From assembly GCA_023334545.1 (NCBI GenBank), contig JAADVB010000028.1, forward strand, positions 46,957 to 110,956: a stretch of 64,000 nt of DNA, in the 5' to 3' direction. Made by a program: the position numbers and the translations under genes. Below the pieces are notes generated by a model, which was given only the letters and a program-made list of their open reading frames with translations, was not told the DNA's origin and searched no databases. Of this stretch, positions 46,449-58,273 are shown piece after piece (within the stretch, counting starts at the first letter, position 1; each line of letters opens with the position of its first letter). Source of the DNA: Salisapilia sapeloensis CBS 127946. Lineage: Eukaryota > Protista > Oomycota.

Positions 46449-47162
46449 TTAAATTGTATCAACCCGATTCAAGTCCTGAACTTGGATGCTGTCTTCAGTT
46501 TCGTGGTAGCGTAGCTGGCGAGTTGTATTGTTCATAGTGGTATTATCAGATGCTGAGATGCTGAAGCAGCAACTTGGAAGGGTATCGCTGCTTTCGGAGC
46601 AACATCCTTCGGGATTCTCGCAACATTCTAGTCCATCACATTGGGGGTTGTCTCCACATACGTTGGGTACCGGTTGGAAGCAACACTCGAGCGGATCGTC
46701 ATCCATACAGCAACCGTCGTCGTCGTAACAACAGTCCAGTCCGGAGCAACCAGGGTAGTTCCAGCATGTATCGAATGGTAGCTCATGGCAGCAGTCCAAG
46801 GGTGAATCTCCCAAGCAGCATCCACCTTCTTCATAGCAGCAGTCCAAGCCATCGCAAGCTGGGTACCGCACGCACATATTTTGAAAGGACATGGAACAGC
46901 AGTCTAGTGGGCTATCACCTGAGCAACACCCTTCTTCGGACCCACAGCAATCTAATCCAGAGCACATAGGGTACGCTACACACATATCGATCGATGTATT
47001 GCTCGTGCAGCAGTCGTGCACGTCTTCTCCAGAGCAGCACCCACCTTCCGAGTCACAACATTCAAGACCGACGCATTCTAGATTACCACCACAAGTGTCG
47101 TCGCTTAAGACGAATGTTGTGGTTGATAGTAGCGTAAAGACACTGACGAAAAAGGTGCGCAT
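46449..47162 (-). CDS. Secreted cysteine-rich tandem-repeat protein (5 units of ~36 aa, 8 Cys each)
   Basis: Signal peptide MRTFFVSVFTLLSTTTFVLS, then five units of C-x5/6-C-xGL(D/E)-CC-x5-CC-x7/9-CC. 237 aa. Confidence 0.88.
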   Translation of the reverse strand: MRTFFVSVFTLLSTTTFVLSDDTCGGNLECVGLECCDSEGGCCSGEDVHDCCTSNTSIDMCVAYPMCSGLDCCGSEEGCCSGDSPLDCCSMSFQNMCVRYPACDGLDCCYEEGGCCLGDSPLDCCHELPFDTCWNYPGCSGLDCCYDDDGCCMDDDPLECCFQPVPNVCGDNPQCDGLECCENPEGCCSESSDTLPSCCFSISASDNTTMNNTTRQLRYHETEDSIQVQDLNRVDTI

Positions 47163-48456
47163 GACGGATAGTTGGCTACAGAAGAGTACTGCAACTTGGC
47201 TAGTAGAATTGAGAATGAAATACCAAAGACATGTACTTGAGTAAACGCTACCTCATTCCTGCTTTATTCCATGTTGCGATTGTGGTGAAACTAAGAGAAT
47301 TACTTGCTATTCCTTAGTGGAGGGTCGCAAACTGAGAAGTCTCTCCATGCTTATAAGTCATGATTGCATGAAGCGTCAGTGTCTCTTCATACACGTCTCT
47401 ACTAAAATAAGTTTTAGATTGCTCGCAAGTAGTCGCTGTCCTCTCTTTTTTATTGGGTGCGTGAAGATATCATTATGTAGCCGGATTTGCGCTTGAACCT
47501 TGCGAACGGTCACTTTGGCGAAATTGGCCACGTCAGAAGATGTGGTGCTGTATTTGCATGATGTCATCGTCCTACCACCCACAATGTAAAAGGTGACAGC
47601 CAATTCCTCTTCCACAAATTTGACACGATCTCGGGAGTGAAGATATATCAGGCTGACTCCAAGTTACCACATGGATGGGTGTGAGTACCACGCAATGGAT
47701 GCAGCGTTAACTTAGATTTCAACGATGGATGATACGTTTACGAGAGTTGAACAAGAGTAGCTGCTCAATCAGATATGTAGCTCTCGAGCTCATGATATAC
47801 CTAAGCTCACCGAAGATACGAAAGGATACATTTTTCGGAAGCATGATTTATGTGTTTGGCTAATAGGAAGCAAGAAGTATCTGTATTTGCATACTGACAT
47901 GGCAGTAGCACGTTCAAGACTTTCGAGAAAAGAATGGAACGAGAAGCGAGGAAGTGACAGCTACTAAGATACTCGAGAATAAAAGCTTTGCATGCACGAC
48001 TATAGTAGCAATAAAACGGCGGTGCATCGAGGAAATCAGATCTAGACACTAGAATAAAGAGGGTGATAGGTGCATTGCTCTTCAAGTAGTATCTTCAGTG
48101 AGACCCTATACATAAAGTACGGTCACATCCATATCCACGACCCTACAAGAAATCATCCATGAACTTGTTTTCTCAAGAGCAGATCGCCGTCTATAACCCA
48201 ATCCGACCTTGTATGAAATCTCAAGGACAGTAAAGATCATTTTAACATCCTTGCAATCCTCCTAAATACCACAAATGACGCCATCCTCCTCCATGTTTCC
48301 TATGGCAAGACCAGTGGAAGTCGACATCCAATTGAGACAATCGGACAGCATACGAAAAATTAGAGTGAAAATTTCATTCCTCCTCAGAAGAAGCAATATT
48401 TCGGACCAACTTCAAGCTCCATCATTTTGACCACAAACGAGAATCGAATTGCGATC

Positions 48457-49665
48457 ATGTCGACCATTCCACGCATCCTACGACAGCAAGCACGTACCAC
48501 TGGTCGTGCAGCTAGTACGCTCACCAGAAACACGACCTCATCCGTCACTCGTTCTACCAACCTCCAAAAGCACGAGGTTGCGCTTTCGCTTTCGTCCGTG
48601 AAGAATACCGTTCGATCCAACTGGTCGAGCGTGCGTCATGCTTCCACGACTGACAAGAGCGGATCGGAAGACACTCCGTTCGTGAATCCTGAAACTCTGA
48701 TTCTGGAAGGAGCTCTGAATCACGTCTCCACTCATGGGTACGTCTTGTGCTTTAGTTTGAATAGTACTGGATAGTCATGATGGAAAGTTAGATGGTCGAA
48801 AGAAGCGTTGGCAGAAGGAGCCAAGGCGGCTGGATACCCTTCTATTGCACACGGAATGCTTCCTCGTGGAGAAATTGAACTTGTCGATTACTTTATGGAC
48901 AAGTGCAAGGATAAACTACGCGACACGTTGACCATTAACGCGCCAGCTCTTCAGGACATGACAGTCGCCGACCGTCTCAAGTTCGGTGTCCGCACGAGAC
49001 TTGAGATGATTGAGCCAGTCCTGTCGACGTGGCCACAGGCGATGGCTCTTGGAGCAATGCCTCAAAACGCGTCGACGACAATGCACAAACTAGCTCTTCT
49101 CGTGGATGAGATCTGGTACTACGCCGGAGACAAGTCCATGGACATGTCGTGGTACACGAAGCGAGCGGTTTTGACGGCCATCTACGCCTCCACGGAGCTA
49201 CACATGCTGTCGGATTCGTCTCCTGCATTCGAAGAGACGTGGAAGTTCCTGGACCGACGTGTCGAAGAGACCATTCAACTCGGTGAAACACCTCAGAACG
49301 TAAGGCAATCCTACTAGTAATCCTATAGAAGCAATAGATATAATATGTGAGGGTAGATGCAAGATGTGGCGTCCATGGTGGGACTTGGTATCCAATCCAT
49401 GGTGTCTGGTGTGACGTCCTTAGCCGGTCCAGTGGGTCAACAAGTGGTGAACAATTCGCCTTTGGCCAATATGCCGAATCCGATCGCTGCCATGAGCGAT
49501 TCGGTGCCGACATCTGTAAACATGCCGTCGAATCCGTTCGCAGAGCAGACGTCGAGTCCACCTCCGCCACCATTCGAGTCTGGTGCTAAGCTCGAGTCCA
49601 AGGATTTGAAGGAAATTGATGAAGAATTGGAAAAACTCGGTGGAGCTGATGCCACGCGCAAGTAA
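48457..49665 (+). CDS. COQ9: Ubiquinone biosynthesis protein COQ9, mitochondrial (2 introns)
   Basis: Presequence MSTIPRILRQQARTTGR, ILEGALNHVSTHGW, HGMLPRGEIELVDYFM and LVDEIWYYAGDKSMDMSWYTKRAVLTAIYASTELHML. Confidence 0.94.
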
Positions 49666-49677
49666 ATAAAGAGCTCT

Positions 49678-51285
49678 TTATTCATCCGCTTCCCCTTCTT
49701 CGCTCTCGTCGTCTTCTTCCACTTCTTCACTCTCTTCTTTCGTACGCTCGAGGAACTTGCGCTTCGCTTCTGCCTGGGCCTCCTTCTTCTCTTTCCTCGC
49801 ACGTTTCAAGCCTTCGATCCTGTCCCCTTCCTCCTGTTCTTCTCTATCTGCTTCTGCTTCTCTATCTGCTTCCATCAGGTCGAGCACACGCAGGTCGTCA
49901 CGGACACGTAGTAAGCTTCTTAATCGAGACTCTTGCGCCCATTCCTGACTTCGCTGCTCCTCTTTCACCATTCGTACTGCCTCTCCTAGTAGACACGGCT
50001 GCCAATCCGTTCGAAGGACTGGACGCTGTCGAGGGAGGTAGAGCGTACCTCGACCACAGATACGATTGCAACGCCATTGACCAGTGTATCTAAAACCTAG
50101 CGCACTGCTTTCCGTACCATGTCCATGCTTTTCATCATCATAGAACTCTCCTTCGTACGTAGAACCAGAGTCGAGGTAGAAGAGTTTGCCATGGCCACAG
50201 CGTTGGCCGTCGATAAAGTTGCCTTCGTACTTGAAGCAAGGAGCGTCGGACCTCTCTAGGATACCAAAGCCATGGTACTTGCCACGTACGAGATCGCCAG
50301 TATACTTGACGCCATTCGGATACGTGGCTGTACCAGCACCATCGGGAAGACTACGTTTCCACTCACCTCGGTACGTACCCGAGTCAGCGAATGTATAGAC
50401 ACCGATGGAGCCATGCATATCGCCAGTCTTCCATCGACCTTGATACGTGACGTATTCATGCTTGCCTCGACTTTCGAGAGAGCCTCGGATGGCAGGAGCT
50501 AAACCTGGCGGAGCTTGCATGGACGTAGGAATTTCAGGTATGATTTCTAGTTTATCCACTGCAGCAGCTATTTCATTATCATCGACGTGGTCGAGTAACT
50601 CGCGATTAGCATAGGATTCTCGTCGACGATCATCTCGAGACGGCTTTATAACGAACGAGACATCTCGAAAGGCTCGACGTAGCATCTTTTGGTTCCATTC
50701 GCGAGGTAGTACTCGATTTGAAGATGAGCTTTGCATTGTTTCTTGTAAGATCTCGTATTCAGCTTGATGCTCACGCATTCGCTCTTCGAGCGTCGATAGT
50801 TGCTCTGGTAAAGCAAAGAAAGTGTCTTCGATACTTTGGAAGAGCACGAGACTCCATCTACCTAGCGGTAACTTATCGGATTTATAAAACCAAGGAGCGA
50901 ATCGAGCGTGGACTTCTGGAAGTCCGATTCGACGCAGCATTTTGTAGTAGAATAAACTGCGGGCATCTTCCCCACGGAAACGCTATAGGCATACTTTACT
51001 ATTCGATATACTGTCTACGGTAATGCAAAAACAAACTCGTCTATAGGCAGGAAGCACCTTTTGTTCTTTACGTAGCAAAGTCTCAATTTGCTTCATCAAC
51101 TATGTCAAGCATTACATGTACAAGTTCAGATTGGTGGGATAGAAGGTCAGCATGCAAAGTACGAGTGTAAGCTGTTGAGTGGATTTTTGACGTTTCTCAT
51201 GGCTCTCTACCAGGAGATCCTGGATAAAGCGCTGACGTGCTTCATCCGGACTCTCCTTCGTGCGCCTCGAGTGCACGAGCGACAT
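49678..51285 (-). CDS. MORN-repeat protein with an acidic coiled-coil C-terminus
   Basis: Tandem YxGxWxxG..HG.G motifs (YRGEWKRSLPDGAG, YEGEFYDDEKHGHG, YTGQWRCNRICGRG). The 5' exons up to ATG 51285 (MSLVHSRRTKES) are tentative. Confidence 0.8.
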
Positions 51286-52549
51286 GCTCATTTAAAATAG
51301 TTTTGTCGACGGTTTCTATGGTCACGAGCACACGGAAAGTGGCACTTGCAACCTCAAACTACCTTCCTTATTGTCGCAAGTAGCTAGATCGAGTAGCAAT
51401 CGAGCTCGTTGTCACAGAGGATGACAAGAACGTCGAGCGAACTTGCAAATATACACGAACACATATAAAACAGATATCTCTCAGCTGAAATTGAATACAA
51501 GGTTGTCAACATCGTCACTAGAACGGTATGCTGAATTAGCATGAAATGTTTGGTGCATCCTAGAGACAAGTGTGGATCAGCATCCCAATTCGAAAATGAA
51601 GTGTATTCTGATGCGAAAAGAAAATGACTGGTGTAGAATGCGCGTAGTCCGTTGAAGTGCAAATATCGGCACACAGAACTTCGAAGCTTACCTCGCTATC
51701 ACAGAATTGATGAACGTTACATGTTGCATCTAGAATGTCCCAAGGAAGCTGCTTCTCGTTTGCTGGCAACTTTCCGCCCGAGGTACATGCTACTTGCGGC
51801 AGGTGCGAATGTTTGTCTTTTCAAGATCGAGTTGCGACACGATGACCCAGATGATGTTATCTTTAAACCGAATGCCATGCAAAATTGCTACTCTTGTGTG
51901 GATCGCAACAATGGCACACGGACCATGTTTCCTTGCTTTTTTCCATCTTGAAGGTGCTCTTGGATTTAAATGTAGAAGGAAAAGAAACCTTTGCGTATCC
52001 GAAAGAATCGAAAGGGGTAGCATGCATTGCACATGCTGGCGTACTCGCTTCATCCGAGCTTCAATGTCCGTCCTTCCTGTACATTTTCTACCTCGACCAA
52101 GCTCACCTGTATGACGACAACGGCAAAGAGAAAGACAGTGGCCGTCGCCAGCATATCCATAGTCTCGTCAGTAGAAGAGCCTGCTTTCCTTTCCGTGTTC
52201 TCAGACGCAACGTCGCCTTTTTCTCTTGGTGCCAGTATGCAGCCCTGACCCTTTGTCCAAGTGTATTTTTTGTTGGGTTGTTTTCCGTTCGACGTCATTC
52301 CCAAATTTGCCCTCGGAAGACGAAGAGTCGGTCACGCAGCAACGCTTGAACTCGGCACCAGAAGTACGACTTTTCGAGCTTAAGAAAAAAGTATAAACGA
52401 GTCTGTCCACCTACACACGCTGTTCGACATCCTCCTCCTCCTCGTGTCTATTTATACCCAACTCAATACATCAGGACGAGCAGCAAGTGGTCCGTCACCG
52501 AAAGTCCGCCACTTGAAAGTACACTTGCAACGTAACACGTAATCAGCGC

Positions 52550-53707
52550 ATGGGGTGCCACCAATCAACACAAATCAACTACGTCATGAATCCATCCCAA
52601 TGCGCGATGAAAGAAGGAAAAGCGCGCGCCAGCCTCAGTCAAATCGTCCAGTCCAACCGTCCGGACCAAGCAAAGCCAGCATGCTCCAAAGGTCATCGAG
52701 ACGTCTTTAGTATTTTCGCCGACCATGGCATGGCCGTCGAGTCTCGAGATGCGGCATCACCAGTTAGTCCCGTTGGCAGTGCCTTCTCCAATGCCACCAC
52801 GGCCAGTGATTCCGAACGAGCATTAGTGCATTGCCCCATCAACCAGCATCTGGCTGGGCTACAAGTAAGCTATGGCGCATACTCCGACCAAGGTTCTCGG
52901 AGACAAAACGAAGACAGACAAGTATGCACGACACAAGTCATCGATAATGACACAGTCGCATACTTTGGCCTATACGACGGTCACGGCGGCTCTCAAGTTG
53001 CCGAGTATCTGTCCCAATCGCTTCATCAAAACATATTTTACAACATGCAGCAATCGACCAACGTTTCCGATAGCCTTCGAATCGCTTATCAAGACACAGA
53101 TGAAGACATACTGAAGCAAAGACTAGTCAGCGGTGCCACGGCCGTTTCACTTGTTATAAAAGGAAACGCCATCCATGTGGCTTGTGTAGGCGACTCCCAA
53201 GTCATTCGAAGTCGAAACGGACGTGCAGAGAGCCTATGTCAAATGCACACGCCGTCGGAACAGAGTGAACGAGAACGCATCGTCGCTGCTCGAGGTCAGA
53301 TATCGGACGGTAGGATATTTGGTCTTCTGGGTGTCTCTCGAGCCTTCGGTGACGCCGACTTCAAGACGGGTCGCGGCGAATTCAAAGATCGGTTTAACGG
53401 TGACCTCGTGTCCTCCATCCCGGACATTGCCCAGGTAGAGCTAAGCCACGAAGATGACTTTTACGTCCTCGGTTGCGACGGTCTATTTGACGTCATGCCA
53501 CCGCAGCAAGTGGCTGACTTTGTCCGGAATAAACTGTCCTTGCACGGTGACGTCCAACACGCATGTGAAGAGCTAGTGTCGTATGCCATCGGCATTGGCA
53601 GTTTGGACAACGTCACGGCCATCGTCGTGTGCGTGAACCAGGATAGCTCCACCGATACGGGCCACGCTTCGTCTCCTGAAAGCTGCGAGCAGGACAGATC
53701 GTCCTAA
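52550..53707 (+). CDS. Protein phosphatase 2C (PPM family) with an N-terminal MGC lipidation-type motif
   Basis: QGSRRQNEDR, YFGLYDGHGG, ACVGDS, LGVSRAFGD, VLGCDGLFDV and GSLDNVTAIVV. Starts MGCHQS. Confidence 0.95.
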   Translation: MGCHQSTQINYVMNPSQCAMKEGKARASLSQIVQSNRPDQAKPACSKGHRDVFSIFADHGMAVESRDAASPVSPVGSAFSNATTASDSERALVHCPINQHLAGLQVSYGAYSDQGSRRQNEDRQVCTTQVIDNDTVAYFGLYDGHGGSQVAEYLSQSLHQNIFYNMQQSTNVSDSLRIAYQDTDEDILKQRLVSGATAVSLVIKGNAIHVACVGDSQVIRSRNGRAESLCQMHTPSEQSERERIVAARGQISDGRIFGLLGVSRAFGDADFKTGRGEFKDRFNGDLVSSIPDIAQVELSHEDDFYVLGCDGLFDVMPPQQVADFVRNKLSLHGDVQHACEELVSYAIGIGSLDNVTAIVVCVNQDSSTDTGHASSPESCEQDRSS

Positions 53708-53807
53708 AGGGGACTGTTAGATGTACTAGATTGTAGTTGCATATCGTTTTTCCATGATGCATTCGCGTATGAATAAACTAAGGTATATCGCTTCTGAATG
53801 GGACCAA

Positions 53808-55495
53808 CTAGTCTTTCGTTTCATTGGTCGTTAGCTGTTTCTTCCCAGCTTGCTGCTTTTCATCCATCTCGCGTCGACGCTTCTTGCGTTCTTGCGTCTT
53901 GATCTGACGCTCAGCAACGGAGTCACCCGTCTCGCGCGACATGAGCGGTTGTCGCTTCTGGATTCGAGCGGAAGGGAGTAACGGAGAGACTTGCTGCCAT
54001 TCTACTCGATCCGAGTCCATCATCCCGTTGTTTGTCATGAGTTCTTGTAGCTTCGGGAAGTGATCTAGCTCCTCTACACATCGTTCTGGCGGTACATGGA
54101 GGTGGAGTAAAGCATCTAGCTGCGACCTGGCGATTGCCGCTTGGATGCTACTCTTCTCCCATTCGGATCGAAGATATTCAGATACTTGATGGAGCACGAG
54201 AGGAGAGTAGCTACAAAGTATGTGAGTAATAGTAGGAGAAAGATAGAAGACAACAAGTACTCAAAGGCGATGGCGTCATCGAAAGTACAGTCGTGGAGGA
54301 CGAGTGGATGGTCCGGAGCCATTTCATACTGTGGACGCCTCGGTGTCTTTTCAATGTCCAAGAGCGTCGGGACAATGTCACTAGACTCTTGCCCCGACCC
54401 GATGAAGAATAGAACTTGCATCATACAACGGACTTGATGCCACAAGAACGCACGTCCATAGATTTCGCAAAAGTACACTTGCTGCCGATCATCAGCTGCT
54501 ACTTGATCAGGACATTGCATGACCTTAAAGGACAGTATCTCTCGCTCAAACGTATGGCAATTCGGATCGATACGACAGAAATTACGATAGTCATGCTTTC
54601 CCTCGAGTGAGTGTGCTGCTGTTTGCATGGCGTCGATATCCATATCGCCTTTTACAAAGTAGTATCTGTACTTGCGCGCTCGGCAATCGAAACGAGCGCT
54701 AAAGGTCGGAGAAACGGCACAGGCAGAGTATACCTTGATATCTTCCGGAAGCGCTCGGTTCAGATGCGTGGCGTACTCGACCTCTTTGATGGTCTTTTCG
54801 ACACCAGATTCGAGTTGAATACGGACGCTTTGACCTGGTACAACGTCGTCGATGGACGAGTGGTCCAGCAGTTTGGCACTGGATGGGATGTTGGAGCGTA
54901 TCTTGAGCGCAATGACTTGACCAAAGGCACTGACGCCTCGGTCCGTACGACCACACCTGCTGTAGTCGCATGACTCGATGTCCTCGATCAATTTCGTGCG
55001 GATCAATGCATCGAACAGGAAGTTCTCGACCGTTTGCTATCATGCTTGCATCAGTACGTGATAAAGATATATATGAGAGTAAATGTCGTACAGTCATGTG
55101 GTCTTGTCGAGCGAATCCAGCATATTTTTCACCATTGTAGAGGAACTTTAATGCAATGTATCGCTGGTGGTAGCTGTTCATATTAAATTCACGACCTGCC
55201 TTCTTTCGCTTCGTCCGCTTCTGCTTCTTGCGTTGCTCAATCCGACGCTCCTTTCGACCTTTTTCGCTCGTGCTTTCACCTGCAAAGACTTTTCCAATTG
55301 CATTGTTCACCACGCCTACGCATAGCATGGTGGTGTTCAGTACCAGGGTCCTGTATATAGATCAATACGAATCGTACGAGGTCCAACAGTGTCCCGGAGT
55401 TCGTATATAATATCTAGCAATTGGGAATTAGTCGCATCGGACTTGTCGAGCGTCTCGAGTGATGGCAATGCCACTTCCTCCGTCTCCTGTGCCAT
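53808..55495 (-). CDS. PUS3: tRNA pseudouridine(38/39) synthase, multi-exon
   Basis: RYIALKFLYNGEKYAGFARQ, YSRCGRTDRGVSAFGQV (catalytic Asp), FSARFDCRARKYRY, HDYRNFC and AFLWHQVRCM. The start at 55495 is tentative. Confidence 0.92.
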
Positions 55496-55639
55496 CGCGT
55501 CTAACCCAACAATAATATGTTGTTAAAGCTACAACGCTCATTCGCTATGTTTTTGATACGAATAAATGTATTGGCGAATTATCTGATATATACCAACTAC
55601 TTGGCTACAATTGTAGCTTCAACGTATCATCACTTCCTC

Positions 55640-56962
55640 TCACCTGCTTTGCAGACTCGCTTGTAGCCATGCATTCGGATGAGGATCCCGTTCAACGTTG
55701 AAGCCGGTAAAAGGATGCGTTGCGTCGAAAAATTGCCAACAGGCTTCAATATAGTGTCCACCCGTCCTCGTCTGCTCGATCCGGATAGCTTCTGAGTTAC
55801 TCGTTCCTTCCGCTACTAGCCGAGTCCGCAGCGTGGATGCATCCCAATGTCGGAACGGACACCCGTGATACTGTCCTTGGCGTGGAGGATTGAGACTTCT
55901 GATGATCTTGTCACAACTTAACGGCAAATAATCTTTTCGAGACCCTTCCAGCCCGTAGCTGTGACGAATATGATACGCGTACTTGCGTTCGAATTCACTC
56001 GATTCCATGGTGTGGAGGAACTCTTCACGAAAGAAGAGCATGGACTCTTCCACTGAAAATCCAACGCCTTTGAGGAACATGCGGTATTGAATGCGACCGT
56101 CGTACTTGAGGTGATGCTTTTCGCGCAATTTCTGATGGAGATGACGCATGCAAAGAGGGAAATGTCGATTTGCAAACTGATCGATGGTGGCTGGTTTAAT
56201 GGATACTTGTTGCATGGAACCAACCTCCATGAAGGAAGTACTCTTCGGGATTTTGCTTCGTAGAGCGGTTATGTACGGGTGCAAACGACTCAACTCTTGT
56301 CTGTGAAGAGGTAGCGAAGCTTTTGCAATCTTCAACGCTCGCATGAGTCCTTGTCGAAAGTGATGCGTAGCGATGTGCAAGAGATCGGAGGGAGGAAGAT
56401 AGCAGTATCCATGGCGAAGAATACAAGAACGATCTCGCAGCACTCTCGAAGCTTCCGTGAAAGGCACTTTGTACAAGTGAGAGATGGATACTTCCATCCA
56501 TTCCCGGTCTTCAGAGGTAAACGTAGGATCATGTACGCTAATGCAGTCGTAGTGGAGGTCCATGGTGTGCAGGAACGATGAAAAGCTAGTAGGTGGAAGC
56601 CGAGCTAGTCTCAGCAGAAATAGCTTCGTTTCATTCTGTACGAACCAACGCCATTCGTCTGCTTGTCTATCAACTAGGATGATTTATTGCTGGTAGACCA
56701 ATCTAAAGTAATAAACATACAGAAAGGAGAGACGTAGAATGTAGTGGGCACTGATGTCATCTGCTGGATAACGATCGAAAAATTGTAGCCGTTTCAGCGT
56801 GTTTAGCGGCACATCCTTGTAGTGCAGACGAGCGAGTCGATCCTCGGTGATGGCGCTGACATCGGCGAGCAGTCTTACTCGTTGCTCTCCCAGTCGTTCA
56901 AAGTCCCCTAGCTCAACACCATGCACCGGCGGTGCGACATAGATGGGTGGCCAGCGGACCAT
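55640..56962 (-). CDS. PRIM2: DNA primase large subunit (Fe-S domain), multi-exon
   Basis: DDISAHYILRLSF, HFPLCM, HHLKYDGRIQYRMFLKGVG, YHIRHSYGLEG and HGCPF. Four candidate Fe-S cysteines are present (PLC, LSC, HGC, EAC). Confidence 0.92.
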
Positions 56963-57014
56963 TTGTGCGTTGAAATCAGATCAGCAGATCATTTTGTAAT
57001 TGGCGAGATAAGAG

Positions 57015-58109
57015 ATGGAGGTTCCGGTGGTCGATTTGCAGCATTTTAAGGACACGCAAGACCCGAAAGAGTGTGCCAAGGCAGCAGAGTCTCTGCACAA
57101 GTATGGCGTGTTGTGCGTGAAAGACCCTCGTGTCAAGGACGAGGACAATGATCGGTTCTTAGACATGATGGAAAAATACTTCGAAAACACGGACTTCCAA
57201 ACGGATGCACGACCGGAGATGCACTATCAGGTTGGAGTTACACCTGAAGGCAAGGAACATCCTCGTAACCACTGTGCTCGTGCGGAGAAAATGGAACCTC
57301 GTCATGCCCCCGTGACATTGTGTCCACCGGAAGCAGATAAGAAGAGTCGATTTTTCTGGCGCATTGGAGACCGACCCAAGGTTTGTCCGTTTATTTGCTT
57401 AAGATGCATGTATCTAGTGTCTAATGAACGCATGTAGGATACGAAATACAAAGAGCTTAATGCCGAGCCGGTCGTTCCAGCTGAATTTCCCGAGTGGGAA
57501 CAAGTGATGAACTTGTGGGGAGGCAAGCTGATTACGTCTGTCATGGACTTGGTGGAAATGGTGGCAATCGGCCTGGGACTAGAAAAGGATGCACTTAGCA
57601 GTCGCATGCGCTATGGACCGCACTTATTGGCGCCAACAGGCAGCAACTTTAACGTGTACAACCGACTGAACGACGTGCTTGCTGGCTATCACTACGATCT
57701 AAATTTACTGACCATCCATGGTAAATCCCGCTTCCCTGGCCTGCACATTTGGCTTCGAGACGGCACTCGAACGGGCGTGACGATCCCCGACGGATGTCTG
57801 TTGGTGCAAGCCGGCAAGCAGATGGAGTACCTGACCGGTGGATACGTTCAGGCTGGCTTCCACGAAGTAGTCGTCGCCGAGCCGACGATCAAAAAGATCG
57901 AAGAGCGCAAGAAGGAGGGCAAAAGTCTTTGGCGTGTGTCATCGACGTTGTTTTCGCATACAGAATCCGACCAGACACTAGAGCCATTGGGACCATTCGC
58001 GACAGCGGAAGCCAAGGAAAAGTATCCTCCGATTCCTGCAGGTGACCAAGTGCTAGCTGAACTTAAGCAGATCGATCTTGGCAACGGATTTACATTGCAG
58101 AGAGAGTAA
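57015..58109 (+). CDS. 2-oxoglutarate/Fe(II)-dependent oxygenase (isopenicillin N synthase-like fold), 1 intron
   Basis: HYDLNLLTIHGKSRFPGL (HxD), AGFHEVV (distal His) and WRVSSTLF (RxS). Confidence 0.9.
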
Positions 58110-58273
58110 CAGGAAGGCAACTATCTTTCCCTTCAAGATACATTGCGGTTGAACTTCAGATTAAAATGTAGCTATCCCAGTAAAATGTTAGCTGTACATA
58201 GCAAATTCTAGTACAATGTGTATGCAGTTTTAATAGGACGGTCATTTCGCGATCATTTCCACCTGTGCAAGCA

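Noticed and set aside
54640-54665. TCGCCTTTTACAAAG resembling U5 snRNA loop 1
   Set aside because: It lies antisense to PUS3 coding sequence (YFVKGD), and there is no flanking U5 stem or Sm site.
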